From Leucoraja ocellata (Eukaryota), in contig JAWMAR010000399.1 in NCBI GenBank assembly GCA_036785375.1, forward strand, positions 1,984,001 to 2,048,000: a DNA stretch of 64,000 nt, written 5' to 3'. Shown here piece by piece: positions 25,397 through 36,687 of the stretch. Positions within the stretch are counted from its first letter, which is position 1. Each line of letters begins with the position of its first letter. The notes beneath the pieces are model-generated. The model made no database searches. It was not told the DNA's origin and saw only the letters and a list, made by a program, of their open reading frames with translations. The position numbers were made by a program, and so were the translations under genes.

Positions 25397-26572
25397 GTAC
25401 CAAGTTAGCAATGAAAATTAATACAATTTGCATGAACTTCACAAGTCGCTGCTTTTTTCAATCCCCATATAACCCAATCGTATGTGCAAGAACACTTACG
25501 GACATGAGTCGATGGTTTAATTTAGTTTATTAATTTAATTTATTATTGTCATGTGTAGCAGAGTGCACTGAAAAGCTGTTTGTTGCAAGCTATCCAGTCA
25601 GCGAAAAGACTATACATGATTACAATCAAGCTGTCCAGAGTGTACAGATGTTGGATGAAGGGTATAACATTTAGTGAAAGATAAATTCCAACAAAGTGTG
25701 ATTAAAGATAGTTCTAAGGTCTCCAATTATGTAAATGGGAGGTCAAGACTGCTTTCTAGCAGTGTCCCAGAAACTGTCCCTGATTCTAGACGTATCATTT
25801 TCAAAATTCTGTACCTCTTGACTGATGGGAGAGGAGTAACCAGGGTGAGACAGGTCCTTGATTTTGCTGGTGGTCTTGCCGAAGCAGTGTGAAGGGTAAA
25901 TGGGTGACAATGGAAGGGAAGTTGTTTTGTGTGATGGTCACTGTTTTTTTCCACAATTGTCTGCAATTGCATGCGGTTTTGGATGGAACTGTTCACAAAC
26001 CATGCTGTGAGGGATCCCAATAATATGCTTTCTAAGGCACATACATAATAGTTGGTGAGGATTGTTCGTGACATTCCAAACTTCCAAAGCCTTCTAAGGA
26101 AACGTGGCATTGGTGTGCATTCTTGACCATTGCTTCGATGTGGCTGGTCCAGGACAAATTGCGAGTGATATTTCTTCCTAAGACCGTGAAACTTTCAATC
26201 ATCTCTTCTTTGGCACTATCAATGTGTGTGCACTGGTTCGTTTCCTGAAGTCGATCACAATCTCTGAACCAGTGGCGAGGACAATATTAATAATCATAAA
26301 ACCTACTCCAGCAATTATGTAATGTTTTTGGACAGTCAAACTGACATTACCCATTGAAATGTAGACCAGCTGGATGATAATTTAATTCCGGATCCTCTTG
26401 ACATGAGATATCACATCAAAGCACAATTTCATGATTTAAGCTTTGGAGAATTATCGAGAAAAGCAGGGTGACTATTTAGTATTTGTCATTAACAGCACAA
26501 GATCTCAGTGGGTTCATTGAATTCTGTCCTCCTGTTCACTTCAGGATTACACTTGTCATGTGGACTATAAAC

Positions 26573-26935
26573 GTCCACATGACAACCTACGAGAACCGAA
26601 GTCAACCTAAGTCACCGGTTGACGTAGGTTGATGTACGTTGGCATAGATAGTCGCCAATTGAATTCACTGAAGTCAGCACACGGCGACAACCTGTGTCAT
26701 CCTGGCGACAAACTATAACAGCACATACGACAGGAGAAGACAAGCTACGTCAAGCTCACAGTCGCCGAATATTTTGAACATTTCAAAATCCAGCAGCGAC
26801 CAGATAAATGATATGACTCTTTTGGCAACTTGAGGAGACTACTCACGACTATACAGGCGTCACCCCGCAACCATGTGAAAACAGCCTAGTCACCTGTAGT
26901 CGCCGGAAAAAATCGCCTAAGTGGGAGAGGGGCTT
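26573..26935. mobile_element. Truncated Harbinger-like MITE remnant
   Basis: Ends in 'aaaaatcgcctaagtgggagagggg', resembling a Harbinger-type MITE terminus; internal gtcgcc/ggcgac repeats; other end missing. Confidence 0.45.
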
Positions 26936-27666
26936 CACTCCTTGGTCTGCTCCCTCACATCACCTCACACAAACAAGGTGATTTCCACTCATATTAACTT
27001 TTCACTCCCAAAAACAATTTAACGGCCCACAGTCTTCCCCATTGCTATGGGGAGGCAATGATCTACATCTCCAATTCCACTTAGGTAGCTAAAAACCCAA
27101 TGTTATGAACATTACGTTCAGGTAGCCTACACCCCCAACCTGTTCTCCCACGCACAATCACCTGTCCATCTATATTTCTACTCTGTTCAACTTTCCTACA
27201 TCTAACTCTATCTGTTTACATTTTCTATTTGTATCAGTATATTACTCCCAACGCTTCTGAAAATGCAAATACACTGCAACCACGGCTTCTTCCACATCTT
27301 CCCGATGGACCGGAAGGGAAGTCAAGCACAAATTCACTTTTATTGACCAATGTTCATTCAGCTCAGCCCTATCATTTTATTGACGGGATATGGATTATGT
27401 GTAGGCAGATAAGAGTTGGCATTGTGTTCGACACAGATATTGTGGGCCAAAGGCTCTGCATCTTTCCTGTATTGTGTGGTAAGGAACTGCAAATGCTGGT
27501 TTAAACTGAATAGACCCAAATGCTGGAGTAACTCAACAGGGCAGACAGCATCTCTGGAGAGAAGGAATGTGACATTTCAGGTTGAGACCTTTCTTCAGAC
27601 GGAGTCAGCGGAGAGGGACATACAGAGATAAGGAAGTGTAAGGTGTGTAAAATTGAATCACTGAGG

Positions 27667-27895
27667 CAGGGCCGTCTTAACAGCATTATAGGCCCCCAGG
27701 AAAAGCAGTGCACTGGGGCCCCTACACTTCCAGTTTCTTTATGTCGAATCAAATATGTCGTCATGCACTTGCGATGTTCTTCTCTGTTTTCATGTTCTAC
27801 AAAAACATTTGCCAATACATAGATTAGCATGGGGCCCCTATGCTCGTGGGGCCCTGGGCAACTGTCCAGCGTGCCCATGCATTAAGAGGGCCCTG
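27667..27895. mobile_element. hAT-type MITE (229 bp)
   Basis: TIRs CAGGGCCGTCTTAA / TTAAGAGGGCCCTG; perfect 8-bp TSD CACTGAGG. Confidence 0.9.
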
Positions 27896-28526
27896 CACTG
27901 AGGGGGGAGCAGCGAGAGGATGTTGTAGAACTCCTGTCAGAGAACCCGGTGGATACTGGCGTCCTGACCTTTCTGCGAGGATTTTAAGCATTACCTGATC
28001 TCCGCCTTTTGACATTGTCTTCAATGCTTATTTTCTCCTTTCCCCAACATTTATCCTCTGCCCAATCATTATGTCATTCTTAAATACATGTAATTGGTGG
28101 GTTTTGAGATTGTGGATCATTAGTTGGGATCTTTCAAGAATCTCTAGAGTCAAGGGTGGATCCAGACGATTAGAAAATTGCAAATATTACTCCGCTGTTC
28201 AAGGAGGGAATGAAGCAGGAGTGGAAATTATCATGTGTAAAATACTCAAAAACCTCTGATCAGTCGAATGAAGCAACTGAAATATATTGAGGAGAAAGTG
28301 TTACACTGTAAATAATATCATCAATGGAAGACCATATCATTGGACATCCTGTGTGCCTTTCTACTGCAAAGCCAAACGTTGTGCCCATCACACTGGCATC
28401 CTCATTAAACCTATTGTTGGGTATGATGAACCTATTTCCTGCAGCGTCCAACTTCGGCATTTCCGTACAGATGGAAATCCAGATTTCACTCGTTTATCCT
28501 CCAACTTCTACTTATTTATATTACAG

Positions 28527-28574
28527 GCAAAATTACAGATGGATACTCATGGACACGACCATCATCAACAACAG
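28527..28574 (+). CDS. Spacer micro-exon, 48 nt, (G)KITDGYSWTRPSSTT
   Basis: tatattacag|GCAAAATT...TCAACAACAG|gtaatg; an in-frame alternative AG lies 12 nt inside; paralogue at 42821. Confidence 0.7.
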
Positions 28575-28705
28575 GTAATGTGGTCATTGTTATGACGTCA
28601 TTCCCATTCAGATTAATAAGGTCCTGAATGGATACATAACTAGTGGGTGGGAATGATGTTTGAATGGGTGATCAGGGTGTGATCATGACCAGCGACAATC
28701 TCCTC

Positions 28706-29200
28706 AACCTCACAAGGATGAGGTTTCTGACTACTTTGAAGCACATGATAAAATAGGCCATAGTCAGCATGGTTTTGTGAAAGGGATTTCTTGCCTGATG
28801 AACCCATTGGAATTCATTGAGGAAGTAAATAGCTGGATAGACAAAGTAGAGACAGAGGACGTGGTTTACCTGGATTTTCAGGCAGCCTTTGATAGTGTGG
28901 CACACGTGAGGCTGCTGAAGAAGATGAGAGCCCCTGGTATCAGAGGGAAGATAGTAACATGGATAGCAGGTTTGCTGGATGGCAGAAAGAAGAGTTGCAA
29001 TAAAGGGGGATTTATCTGGTTGGTTGTCAGGAACTAGTGTTCCTCAGAGATTGGTGCTTGGGCCGCTATCAAAGCCATCAATTCCATCATCTAAATCATT
29101 AATATGTAACGTGTAGCGTAGCGGTCCCAACACCAACCCCTGCGGAACACCACTAGTCACCGGCAGCCATCCAGAAAAAGCACCCTTTATTCCTTCTGCA
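28706..29200. mobile_element. Two CR1 RT fragments in opposite orientation
   Basis: Plus ORF 28777-29037 (VVYLDFQAAFD) abuts a minus ORF with VTSGVPQG...INDLDDG. Confidence 0.8.
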
Positions 29201-30381
29201 GGGGAGTAGTGGCGTTGGTGTGCATTCTTGGCCATTGCTTCGATGTGGCGGGTCCAGGACAAATTGCTAGTGATATTTCTTCCAAAGACCATGACGCTTT
29301 CAATCATCTCTACTTCGGCGCTATCAATGTGTGTGCACTGCTTCGTTTCCTGAGGTCGAGCACAATCTCCGAGCTATTAATGATCATAAATCCTACTCCA
29401 GCAATTATTTAATGTTTTTGGCCAGTCAAACTGACATTACCCATTGAAATGTAGACCATATGGAAGATAATTTAATTCTGGATCCTCTTGACATGATATA
29501 TCTCATCAAAGCAAAATTTCATGATTTAAGCTTTGGGGATTTCTTGAGAAAAGCAGGGTGACTATTTAGAATATTTGACATTAACAGCACAAGAGCTCAG
29601 TGGGTTCATTGAATTCTGTCCTCCTGTTCACTTCAGTAACATAAAATCAAGCCCTAGATCAATTCCTGTCCCACCATCTTCATCTGCTTCATTCAGTTAT
29701 TCATGTTGCTCTTTAAAGCTTTTAAAATATACTTTTTGTTCTCATCACGCAGTGAGAAACAATTTTTCTAATCTTGCGCACTTACTATTTTTTCAACCAA
29801 CCTCCTCCATCTCGCCCACCCTGTTTTCCGTCCAATTGTGTGGTCCCACCTGCTGTAAAGCGTAATATGGGACCACTTTTTTTCCAATATAGAATGCGAT
29901 ACAATACTTCAACAGCAATGGAAGAGCATTAAAATCAGGGAATGTGTGAAATGTAGATACTTCAGGGCATAACAACTGCTTTACTGCACATTATAATCAA
30001 TTCCTGTCACACCATCTTCATCTGCTTCATGCAATTATTCATGTTGCTGTTTAAAGCTTTTAAAAGATACTTTTTGTTCTCATCACGCAGTGAGACACAA
30101 TTTTCTAATCTTCCACACATATTATGTTTTCAACCAATCTCCCCATCTCGTCCACCCTCAGTATTCCTTCCAATTGTGTGGTCCCAACTGCTGTAAAGTG
30201 TAATATGGCCCCATTTTTTTTCCAATAAAGAATGGGAATATAACACTTCAACAGCAAGGGGAGAGCATTAAAATCAGGGAATGGGCGAAATGTAGATCCT
30301 TCAGGGCATAACAACTGCTTTACTCCACTCTCTAATGGCAGATTAGTTTCAAAATTACATCTTAAACTGTTTCCTCTCCAG

Positions 30382-30408
30382 AGTCAACGCCATTGTCACC
30401 GACCACAT
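30382..30408 (+). CDS. Candidate micro-exon, 27 nt, (E)STPLSPTT, ends in T
   Basis: cctctccag|AGTCAACGCCATTGTCACCGACCACAT|gtatgg. Confidence 0.45.
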
Positions 30409-30521
30409 GTATGGACATCAGCAGTTGAGATTGATGACTGGACAAATAGTTGATTAATTTATATGTAATGAGATTTATTCTACAATCTTTGCACTCATAT
30501 CTTCAATTATATCCCTTCCAG

Positions 30522-30551
30522 AGTCAACAACATCAACCACATCAACCACAG
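30522..30551 (+). CDS. Mucin-like micro-exon, 30 nt, (E)STTSTTSTT
   Basis: cccttccag|AGTCAACAACATCAACCACATCAACCACAG|gtatga. Confidence 0.8.
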
Positions 30552-31861
30552 GTATGACCATAACCCCATCTCTTCACCTCTGTTCCCATTATTCCAGGGG
30601 GAAAGTAAGTAAGTTTGTTTATTGGCCAAGTATTCACATACAAGGAATTTGCCTTGGTGCTCCGCCCACAAGTAACAACATGACATACAGTGAAAGTTAC
30701 GATTGACTCAGAAAACACTAAACATTAATAATAATAAAACATTTATGATAAAACACCATTGATCAAGCATGTGAACCAACAAAATACCAGATCAAAGGGA
30801 AGCTACAGACTTTGGCTGTTGAGTAGAGCAACTACTTGTGGATAAAATCTGTTCTTAAGTCTGGCTGTGACAGTTTTGACAGTCCGCAGTCGCTATCCAG
30901 AGGGAAGTGATTCAAAGAGTTTGTGGCCTGGGTGAGAGGGGTCAGAGTACAGTGTACAGTTGATCAATGGAGGGAAGGTTGCAGCCAATAACCTTCTCTG
31001 CTGATCGGCCGATTCACTGCAGCCTCCACGTGTCGTGCTTGGTGGCTGAGCTAAACCAGACCATGATGGAGTATGTGAGAAGGGACTTTACGATGGCCAT
31101 GTAGAATTGGACCATCATTACCTGTGGTAGATTGTGCTTCCTCAGCTGCCGTAGGAAGTACATCCTCTGTTGTGCCTTTTTGACTGTGGAGTCAAAGGTA
31201 GCCCCCACTTAAGGTCCTTGGAGATAATGGTTCCCAGGAACTTAAAAGACTCCACAGATGTAACTGTGGTGTTGTTGATGGTGAGTGGGGTGAGGGGAGG
31301 AGGAGCTCTCCTAAAGTCTACAATTAATTCCATTGCCTTAAAAGTATTGATCTCCAGGTTGTTGTGACGGCAGTAGGACGCCAGCTGTGACACTTCCTGT
31401 CTGTAGGCAGATTCCTCCCCATCCTGGATCTGTCCAATCAGGGTTGTGTCATCTGCAAACTTGACAGAGTTGTCTGTTGAGGTACAGTCGTTGGTGTAGG
31501 GAGAGTAGAGGAGAGGAGACAGTACGTAACCTTGCGGTGCTCCTATGCTGAGTGTTTGCGGGTCCGAGATGTGGTTTCCCAGCCTCACATGCTGCTTCCT
31601 GTCTGTCACGAAGCTGGTGATCCACCGACAGATGGGTTCAGGCACAGTCAACTCGGAAAGTTTGGAGTGTAGTAGCTCTTGCACAATGGTGTTGAATGCA
31701 GAGCTAAAATCAACAAAAAGGTCCCCTGGTGGTCTAGGTGCTGTAGGATGAAGTGCAGGCCCAGGTTGACTGCATTATCCACAGATCTATTGGCCCGATA
31801 TGTAAACTGCAGAGTGTCCAGCAGGGGGTTTGTGATATTTTTCAGCTTGGCCAGCACAAGG

Positions 31862-32218
31862 GCATGGACACGCTAGAGGCAGGAAACATGTTCCCGATGT
31901 TGGGGGAGTCCTGAACCAGGGGCCACAGTTTAAGAATAAGGAGTAATCCATTTAGAACTGAGATGAGGAAACATTTTTTCTCACCGAGAGTGGTGAGACT
32001 GTGTAATTCTCTGCCTCAGAGGGCAGTGGAGGCTGGTTCTCTGGATGCTTTGAAGAGAGAGCTAGATAGGGCTCTTAAAAATAGTAGAGGATATGGGGAG
32101 AAGGCAGGAACGGGGTACTGATTGGGGATGTTCAGCCATGATCACATTCAATGACGGTGCTGGCTTGAAGGGCCAAATGGCATATTCCTGCACCTAATGT
32201 CTACTGTCTATTGTCTAT
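31862..32218 (+). mobile_element. CR1 3' fragment nested in the Rex element
   Basis: CR1 C-terminus and 3'UTR (ggggagaaggcaggaacggggtactga) with (CTATTGT)n tail. Confidence 0.8.
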
Positions 32219-32743
32219 AAATATTTCTAGTACTTCATGAATACAGAGGTCAGTGTGATAGGCCTGTAGTCATTAAGACAAATAATCCATGCCTTTTTGG
32301 GTACAGGGACAAGAGTGGAGACTTTGAAGCAGGCAGGGTCAGTACATGTTTGCAGGGACTGGTTAAAAATGTCTGTATAGACAGGTGCCAGCTGTTTGAC
32401 ACAGAGCTTAAGAGTAGAGAGGGAAACATTGTCAGGTCCTGGAGATTTCCGACTCTTTTGTCCCCTGAAAAGCCTCTCCACCCCCTCTATTTTTAGTGTT
32501 GATATTGGATAAGTGATGTTGTGCAGCACAGTAGGTGATTGGGTGTGAAGTGGTGATTGGAGGGGGGTGGGTGTACAAGGTCCCAGTCTTTGGAGACTGA
32601 GGTCAGGCTGTGAGTGTGTGTGAAGTGTTGGTTGGGGTGGGAAACATAGAAACATAGAAACATAGAAATTAGGTGCAGGAGTAGGCCATTCGGCCCTTCG
32701 AGCCTGCACCGCCATTTAATATGATCATGGCTGATCATCCAAC

Positions 32744-35728
32744 TCAGTATCCCGTACCTGCCTTTTCTCCATACCCTCTGATCCCCTTGGACACAAGGGC
32801 CACATCTAACTCCCTCTTAAATATAGCCAATGAACTGGCCTCAACTACCCTCTGTGGCAGAGAGTTCCAGAGATTCACCACTCTCTGTGTGAAAAAAGTT
32901 CTCCTCATCTCGGTTTTAAAGGATTTCCCCCTTATCCTTAAGCTGTGACCCCTTGTCCTGGACTTCCCCAACATCGGAAACAATCTTCCTGCATCTAGCC
33001 TGTTCAACCCCTTAAGAATTTTGTAAGTTTTTATAAGATCCCCTCTCAATCTCCTAAACTCTAGAGAATATAAACCAAGTCTATCCAGTCTTTCTTCATA
33101 AGACAGTCCTGACATCCCAGGAATCAGTCTGGTGAACCTTCTCTGCACTCCCTCTATGGCAATAATGTCCTTCCTCAGATTTGGAGACCAAAACTGCACG
33201 CAATACTCCAGGTGTGGTCTCACCAAGACCCTATACAACTGCAGTAGAACCTCCCTGCTCCTATACTCAAATCCTCTTGCTATGAAAGCCAACATGCCAT
33301 TCGCTTTCTTTACTGCCTGCTGCACCTGCATGCCTACCTTCAATGACTGGTGTACCATGACACCCAGGTCTCGTTGCATCTCCCCCTTTCCCAATCGGCC
33401 ACCGTTTAGATAATAATCTGCTTTCCCGTTTTTGCCACCAAAATGGATAACCTCACATTTATCCACATTAAACTGCATCTGCCAAACATTTGCCCACTCA
33501 CCCAGCCTATCCAAGTCACCTTGCAGTCTCCTAGCATCCTCCTCACACCTAACACTGCCCCCCAGCTTAGTGTCATCCGCAAACTTGGAGATATTGCCTT
33601 CAATTCCCTCATCCAGATCATTAATATATATTGTAAATAGCTGGGGTCCCAGTACTGAGCCTTGCGGTACCCCACTAGTCACTGCCTGCCATTGTGAAAA
33701 GGACCCGTTTACTCCTACTCTTTGATTCCTGTTTGCCAGCCAGTTCTCTATCCACATCAATACTGAACCCCCAATGCCATGTGCTTTAAGTTTGTATACT
33801 AATCTCTTATGTGGGACCTTGTCGAAAGCCTTCTGGAAGTCCAGATACACCACATCCACTGGTTCTCCCCTATCCACGCTACTGGTTACATCCTCGAAAA
33901 ATTCTATAAGATTCGTCAGACATGATTTACCTTTCGTAAATCCATGCTGACTTTGTCCAATGATTTCACCACTTTCTAAATGTGCTGCTATCCCAACTTT
34001 AATAACTGACTCTAGCAGTTTCCCCACTACCGATGTTAGGCTAACTGGTCTGTAATTCCCCGTTTTCTCTCTCCCTCCCTTCTTAAAAAGTGGGGTTACG
34101 TTTGCTACCCGCCAATCCTCTGGAACTACTCCAGAATCTAAGGAGTTTTGAAAGATTATTACTAATGCATCCACTATTTCTGGAGCTACTTCCTTAAGTA
34201 CTCTGGGATGCAGCCTATCTGGCCCTGGGGATTTATCGGCCTTTAATCCATTCAATTTACCCAACACCACTTCCCGACTAACCTGGATTTCACTCAATTC
34301 CTCCACCTCCTTTGACCCGCGGGCCCCTGCTATTTCCGGCAGATCATTTATGTCTTCCTTAGTGAAGACGGAACCAAAGTAGTTATTCAATTGGTCCACC
34401 ATATCCTGGTTCCCCATGATCAACTCACCTGTTTCTGACTGCAAGGGACCTACATTTGTTTTAACTAATCTCTTTCTTTTCACATATCTATAAAAACTTT
34501 TGCAGTCAGATTTTATGTTCACTGCCAGTTTTCTTTCATAATCCATTTTTCCTTTTCTAATTAAGCCCTTCGTCCTCCTCTGCTGGTCTCTGAATTTCTC
34601 CCAGTCCTCCGGTATGCTGCTTTTTCTGGCTAGTTTGTACGCATCATCCTTTGCTTTGATACTATCCCTGATTTCCCTTGTTATCCATGGATGCACTACC
34701 TTGCCTGATTTATTCTTTTGCCAAACTGGGATGAACAATTTTTGTAGTTCATCCATGCAGTCTTTAAATGCCTTCCATTGCATATCCACCGTCAACCCTT
34801 TTAGAATTAATTGCCAGTCAATCTTGGCCAATTCACGTCTCATACCCTCAAAGTTACCTTTCTTTAAGTTCAAAACCATTGTTTCTGAATTAACAATGTC
34901 ACTCTCCATCCTAATGAAGAACTCAACCATATTATGGTCACTCTTGCCCAAGGGGCCACGCACAACAAGACTACTAACTAACCCTTCCTCATTACTCAAT
35001 ACCCAGTCTAAAATAGCCAGCTCTCTCGTTGGTTCCTCTACATGTTGGTTTAGATAACTATCCCGTATACATTCCAAGAAATCCTCTTCCTCAGCACCCC
35101 TGCCAGTTTGATTCACCCAATCTATATGTAGATTGAAGTCACCCATTATAACTGCTTTGCCTTTGTCGCAAGCATTTCTAATTTCCTGTTTGATGCCATC
35201 CCCAACTTCACTACTACTGTTAGGTGGCCTGTACACAACACCCACCAGCGTTTTCTGCCCCTTATTGTTTCGCAGCTCTACCCATACCGATTCCACATCC
35301 TCCAAACTAATGTCCTTCCTTTCCATTGCGTTAATCTCCTCTCTAACCAGCAACACTACCCCACCTCCTTTTCCTTTCTCTCTATCCCTCCTGAATATTG
35401 AATATCCCGGGATGTTCAGCTCCCAGCCTTGGTCACCCTGGAGCCATGTCTCCGTGATCCCAACTATATCATAATCATTAATGGCTATCTGCACGTTCAA
35501 CTCATCCACCTTATTACGAATACTCCTTGCATTGAGACACAAAGCCTTCAGGCTTGTTTTTACAACGCTCTTACCCCTTATACAATTATGTTGAAAAGTG
35601 GCCCTTTTTGATTTTTGCCCTGGTTTTGTCTGCCTGCCACTTTTACTTTTCACCTTGCTACCTATTGCTTCTACCTTCATTTTACACCCCCCTGCCCCTC
35701 TGCTCTTGTACCCATCCCCCTGCCACAT
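32744..35728 (-). CDS. CR1 ORF2: APE endonuclease + reverse transcriptase (994 aa from the ATG overlapping the ORF1 stop)
   Basis: NARSIRNK, ITETW, GDFN, SDH, YLDFQKAFD, GVPQGSVLGP and KFADD motifs; no stops. Confidence 0.93.
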   Translation of the reverse strand: MWQGDGYKSRGAGGCKMKVEAIGSKVKSKSGRQTKPGQKSKRATFQHNCIRGKSVVKTSLKALCLNARSIRNKVDELNVQIAINDYDIVGITETWLQGDQGWELNIPGYSIFRRDREKGKGGGVVLLVREEINAMERKDISLEDVESVWVELRNNKGQKTLVGVVYRPPNSSSEVGDGIKQEIRNACDKGKAVIMGDFNLHIDWVNQTGRGAEEEDFLECIRDSYLNQHVEEPTRELAILDWVLSNEEGLVSSLVVRGPLGKSDHNMVEFFIRMESDIVNSETMVLNLKKGNFEGMRRELAKIDWQLILKGLTVDMQWKAFKDCMDELQKLFIPVWQKNKSGKVVHPWITREIRDSIKAKDDAYKLARKSSIPEDWEKFRDQQRRTKGLIRKGKMDYERKLAVNIKSDCKSFYRYVKRKRLVKTNVGPLQSETGELIMGNQDMVDQLNNYFGSVFTKEDINDLPEIAGARGSKEVEELSEIQVSREVVLGKLNGLKADKSPGPDRLHPRVLKEVAPEIVDALVIIFQNSLDSGVVPEDWRVANVTPLFKKGGREKTGNYRPVSLTSVVGKLLESVIKVGIAAHLESGEIIGQSQHGFTKGKSCLTNLIEFFEDVTSSVDRGEPVDVVYLDFQKAFDKVPHKRLVYKLKAHGIGGSVLMWIENWLANRNQRVGVNGSFSQWQAVTSGVPQGSVLGPQLFTIYINDLDEGIEGNISKFADDTKLGGSVRCEEDARRLQGDLDRLGEWANVWQMQFNVDKCEVIHFGGKNGKADYYLNGGRLGKGEMQRDLGVMVHQSLKVGMQVQQAVKKANGMLAFIARGFEYRSREVLLQLYRVLVRPHLEYCVQFWSPNLRKDIIAIEGVQRRFTRLIPGMSGLSYEERLDRLGLYSLEFRRLRGDLIKTYKILKGLNRLDAGRLFPMLGKSRTRGHSLRIRGKSFKTEMRRTFFTQRVVNLWNSLPQRVVEASSLAIFKRELDVALVSKGIRGYGEKAGTGY

Positions 35729-36390
35729 TAGTTTAAATCCTCCCCGACAGCAGTAGCAAACACCCCCCCAAGGACATTGGTTCCATTCCAGTCCAGGTGC
35801 AGACCGTCCTGTTTGTACTGGTCCCACCTCCCCCAGAACTGGTTCCAATGCCCTAAAAATTTGAATCCCTCCACCTTGCACCATTTTTCAAGCCACGTAT
35901 TCATCTGCAATATCCTCCTATTTCTGCTCTGACTGGCCCGTGGTACTGGTAGTAATCCAGAGATTATTACCTTTGAGGTCCTACTTTTAAGTTTATCTCC
36001 TAGCTCCCTAAATTCATCCTTTAGGACCTCATCCCTTTTTTTACCTATATCGTTGGTGCCAATATGCACCACGACAACTGGCTGTTCACCCTCCCCCTCC
36101 AGAATGTTCTGCAGCCGTTCACTGACATCCCTGACCCTTGCACCAGGGAGGCAACATACCATCCTGGAGTCTCTTTTGCGGCCGCAGAAACGCCTATCTA
36201 TTCCCCTGACAATTGAATCCCCTATTACTATTGCCCTTCCACTCTTTTTCCCCCCCTCATGTGCCGCAGAGCCACCCATGGTGCCATGAACTTGGCTGCT
36301 GCTGCATTCCCCTGATGAGCAATCTCCCTCAACAGTTTCCAAAATGGTATACCTGTTTAGGAGGGAGATGACCGCAGGGGACTCCTGCAC
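35728..36390 (-). CDS. CR1 ORF1, SGNH/GDSL esterase-like domain
   Basis: IGDSIVRG, LPGARVRD, HIGTND and DGLH blocks. Confidence 0.9.
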   Translation of the reverse strand: MQESPAVISLLNRYTILETVEGDCSSGECSSSQVHGTMGGSAAHEGGKKSGRAIVIGDSIVRGIDRRFCGRKRDSRMVCCLPGARVRDVSERLQNILEGEGEQPVVVVHIGTNDIGKKRDEVLKDEFRELGDKLKSRTSKVIISGLLPVPRASQSRNRRILQMNTWLEKWCKVEGFKFLGHWNQFWGRWDQYKQDGLHLDWNGTNVLGGVFATAVGEDLN

Positions 36391-36687
36391 TACCTGCCTA
36401 CTGCTTTGCTGACTATTGGTCCAGTCTTTTCATACTGGAGTCTTGCCTTAAGTAGGTGTGAAGTGGTGAATGGGAAGGACAGGGTGCAGGGTCCATGCTC
36501 ATGAAGGCCTCCTCTTTAGACCATTGGAGCAGTGTGAGTTCTGCAGTGAACCAGGGCTTGTTGTTGTTGAATCATGTCCGGGTCGTAGTTGGAATGCAAC
36601 TGTTGAAAGGTTATTCTTTGTCCAAGATGCACCCAATAAAACAATGTTGATTTCATTCAATGGTTTGCAAGAGTCCTGAATCCCAAT

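Larger units (their letters stand above)
23700..26570. repeat. Duplicated block, paralogous to about 36560-40620 (and in part to 20205-20950)
   Basis: Matching ORFs 24499/38567, 25029/39098 and 25674/39734. Confidence 0.9.
32643..36416 (-). mobile_element. Young CR1-clade LINE, ORF2 complete, ORF1 probably 5'-truncated
   Basis: Two uninterrupted ORFs; (TTTCTATG)n tail; inserted between gggaaa and tggtccag of the Rex host. Confidence 0.95.
30602..36605 (-). mobile_element. Rex/Babar-type LINE paralogue hosting two nested CR1 insertions
   Basis: RT pieces at 31142-31857 and 32227-32640; host sequence resumes at about 36417 (tggtccagtcttttc). Confidence 0.85.

Noticed and set aside
35729-35884. 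N-terminal 52 aa of the 1046-aa ORF
   Set aside because: Overlaps the esterase ORF1 in another frame; the ATG at the TAATG junction is the more plausible start
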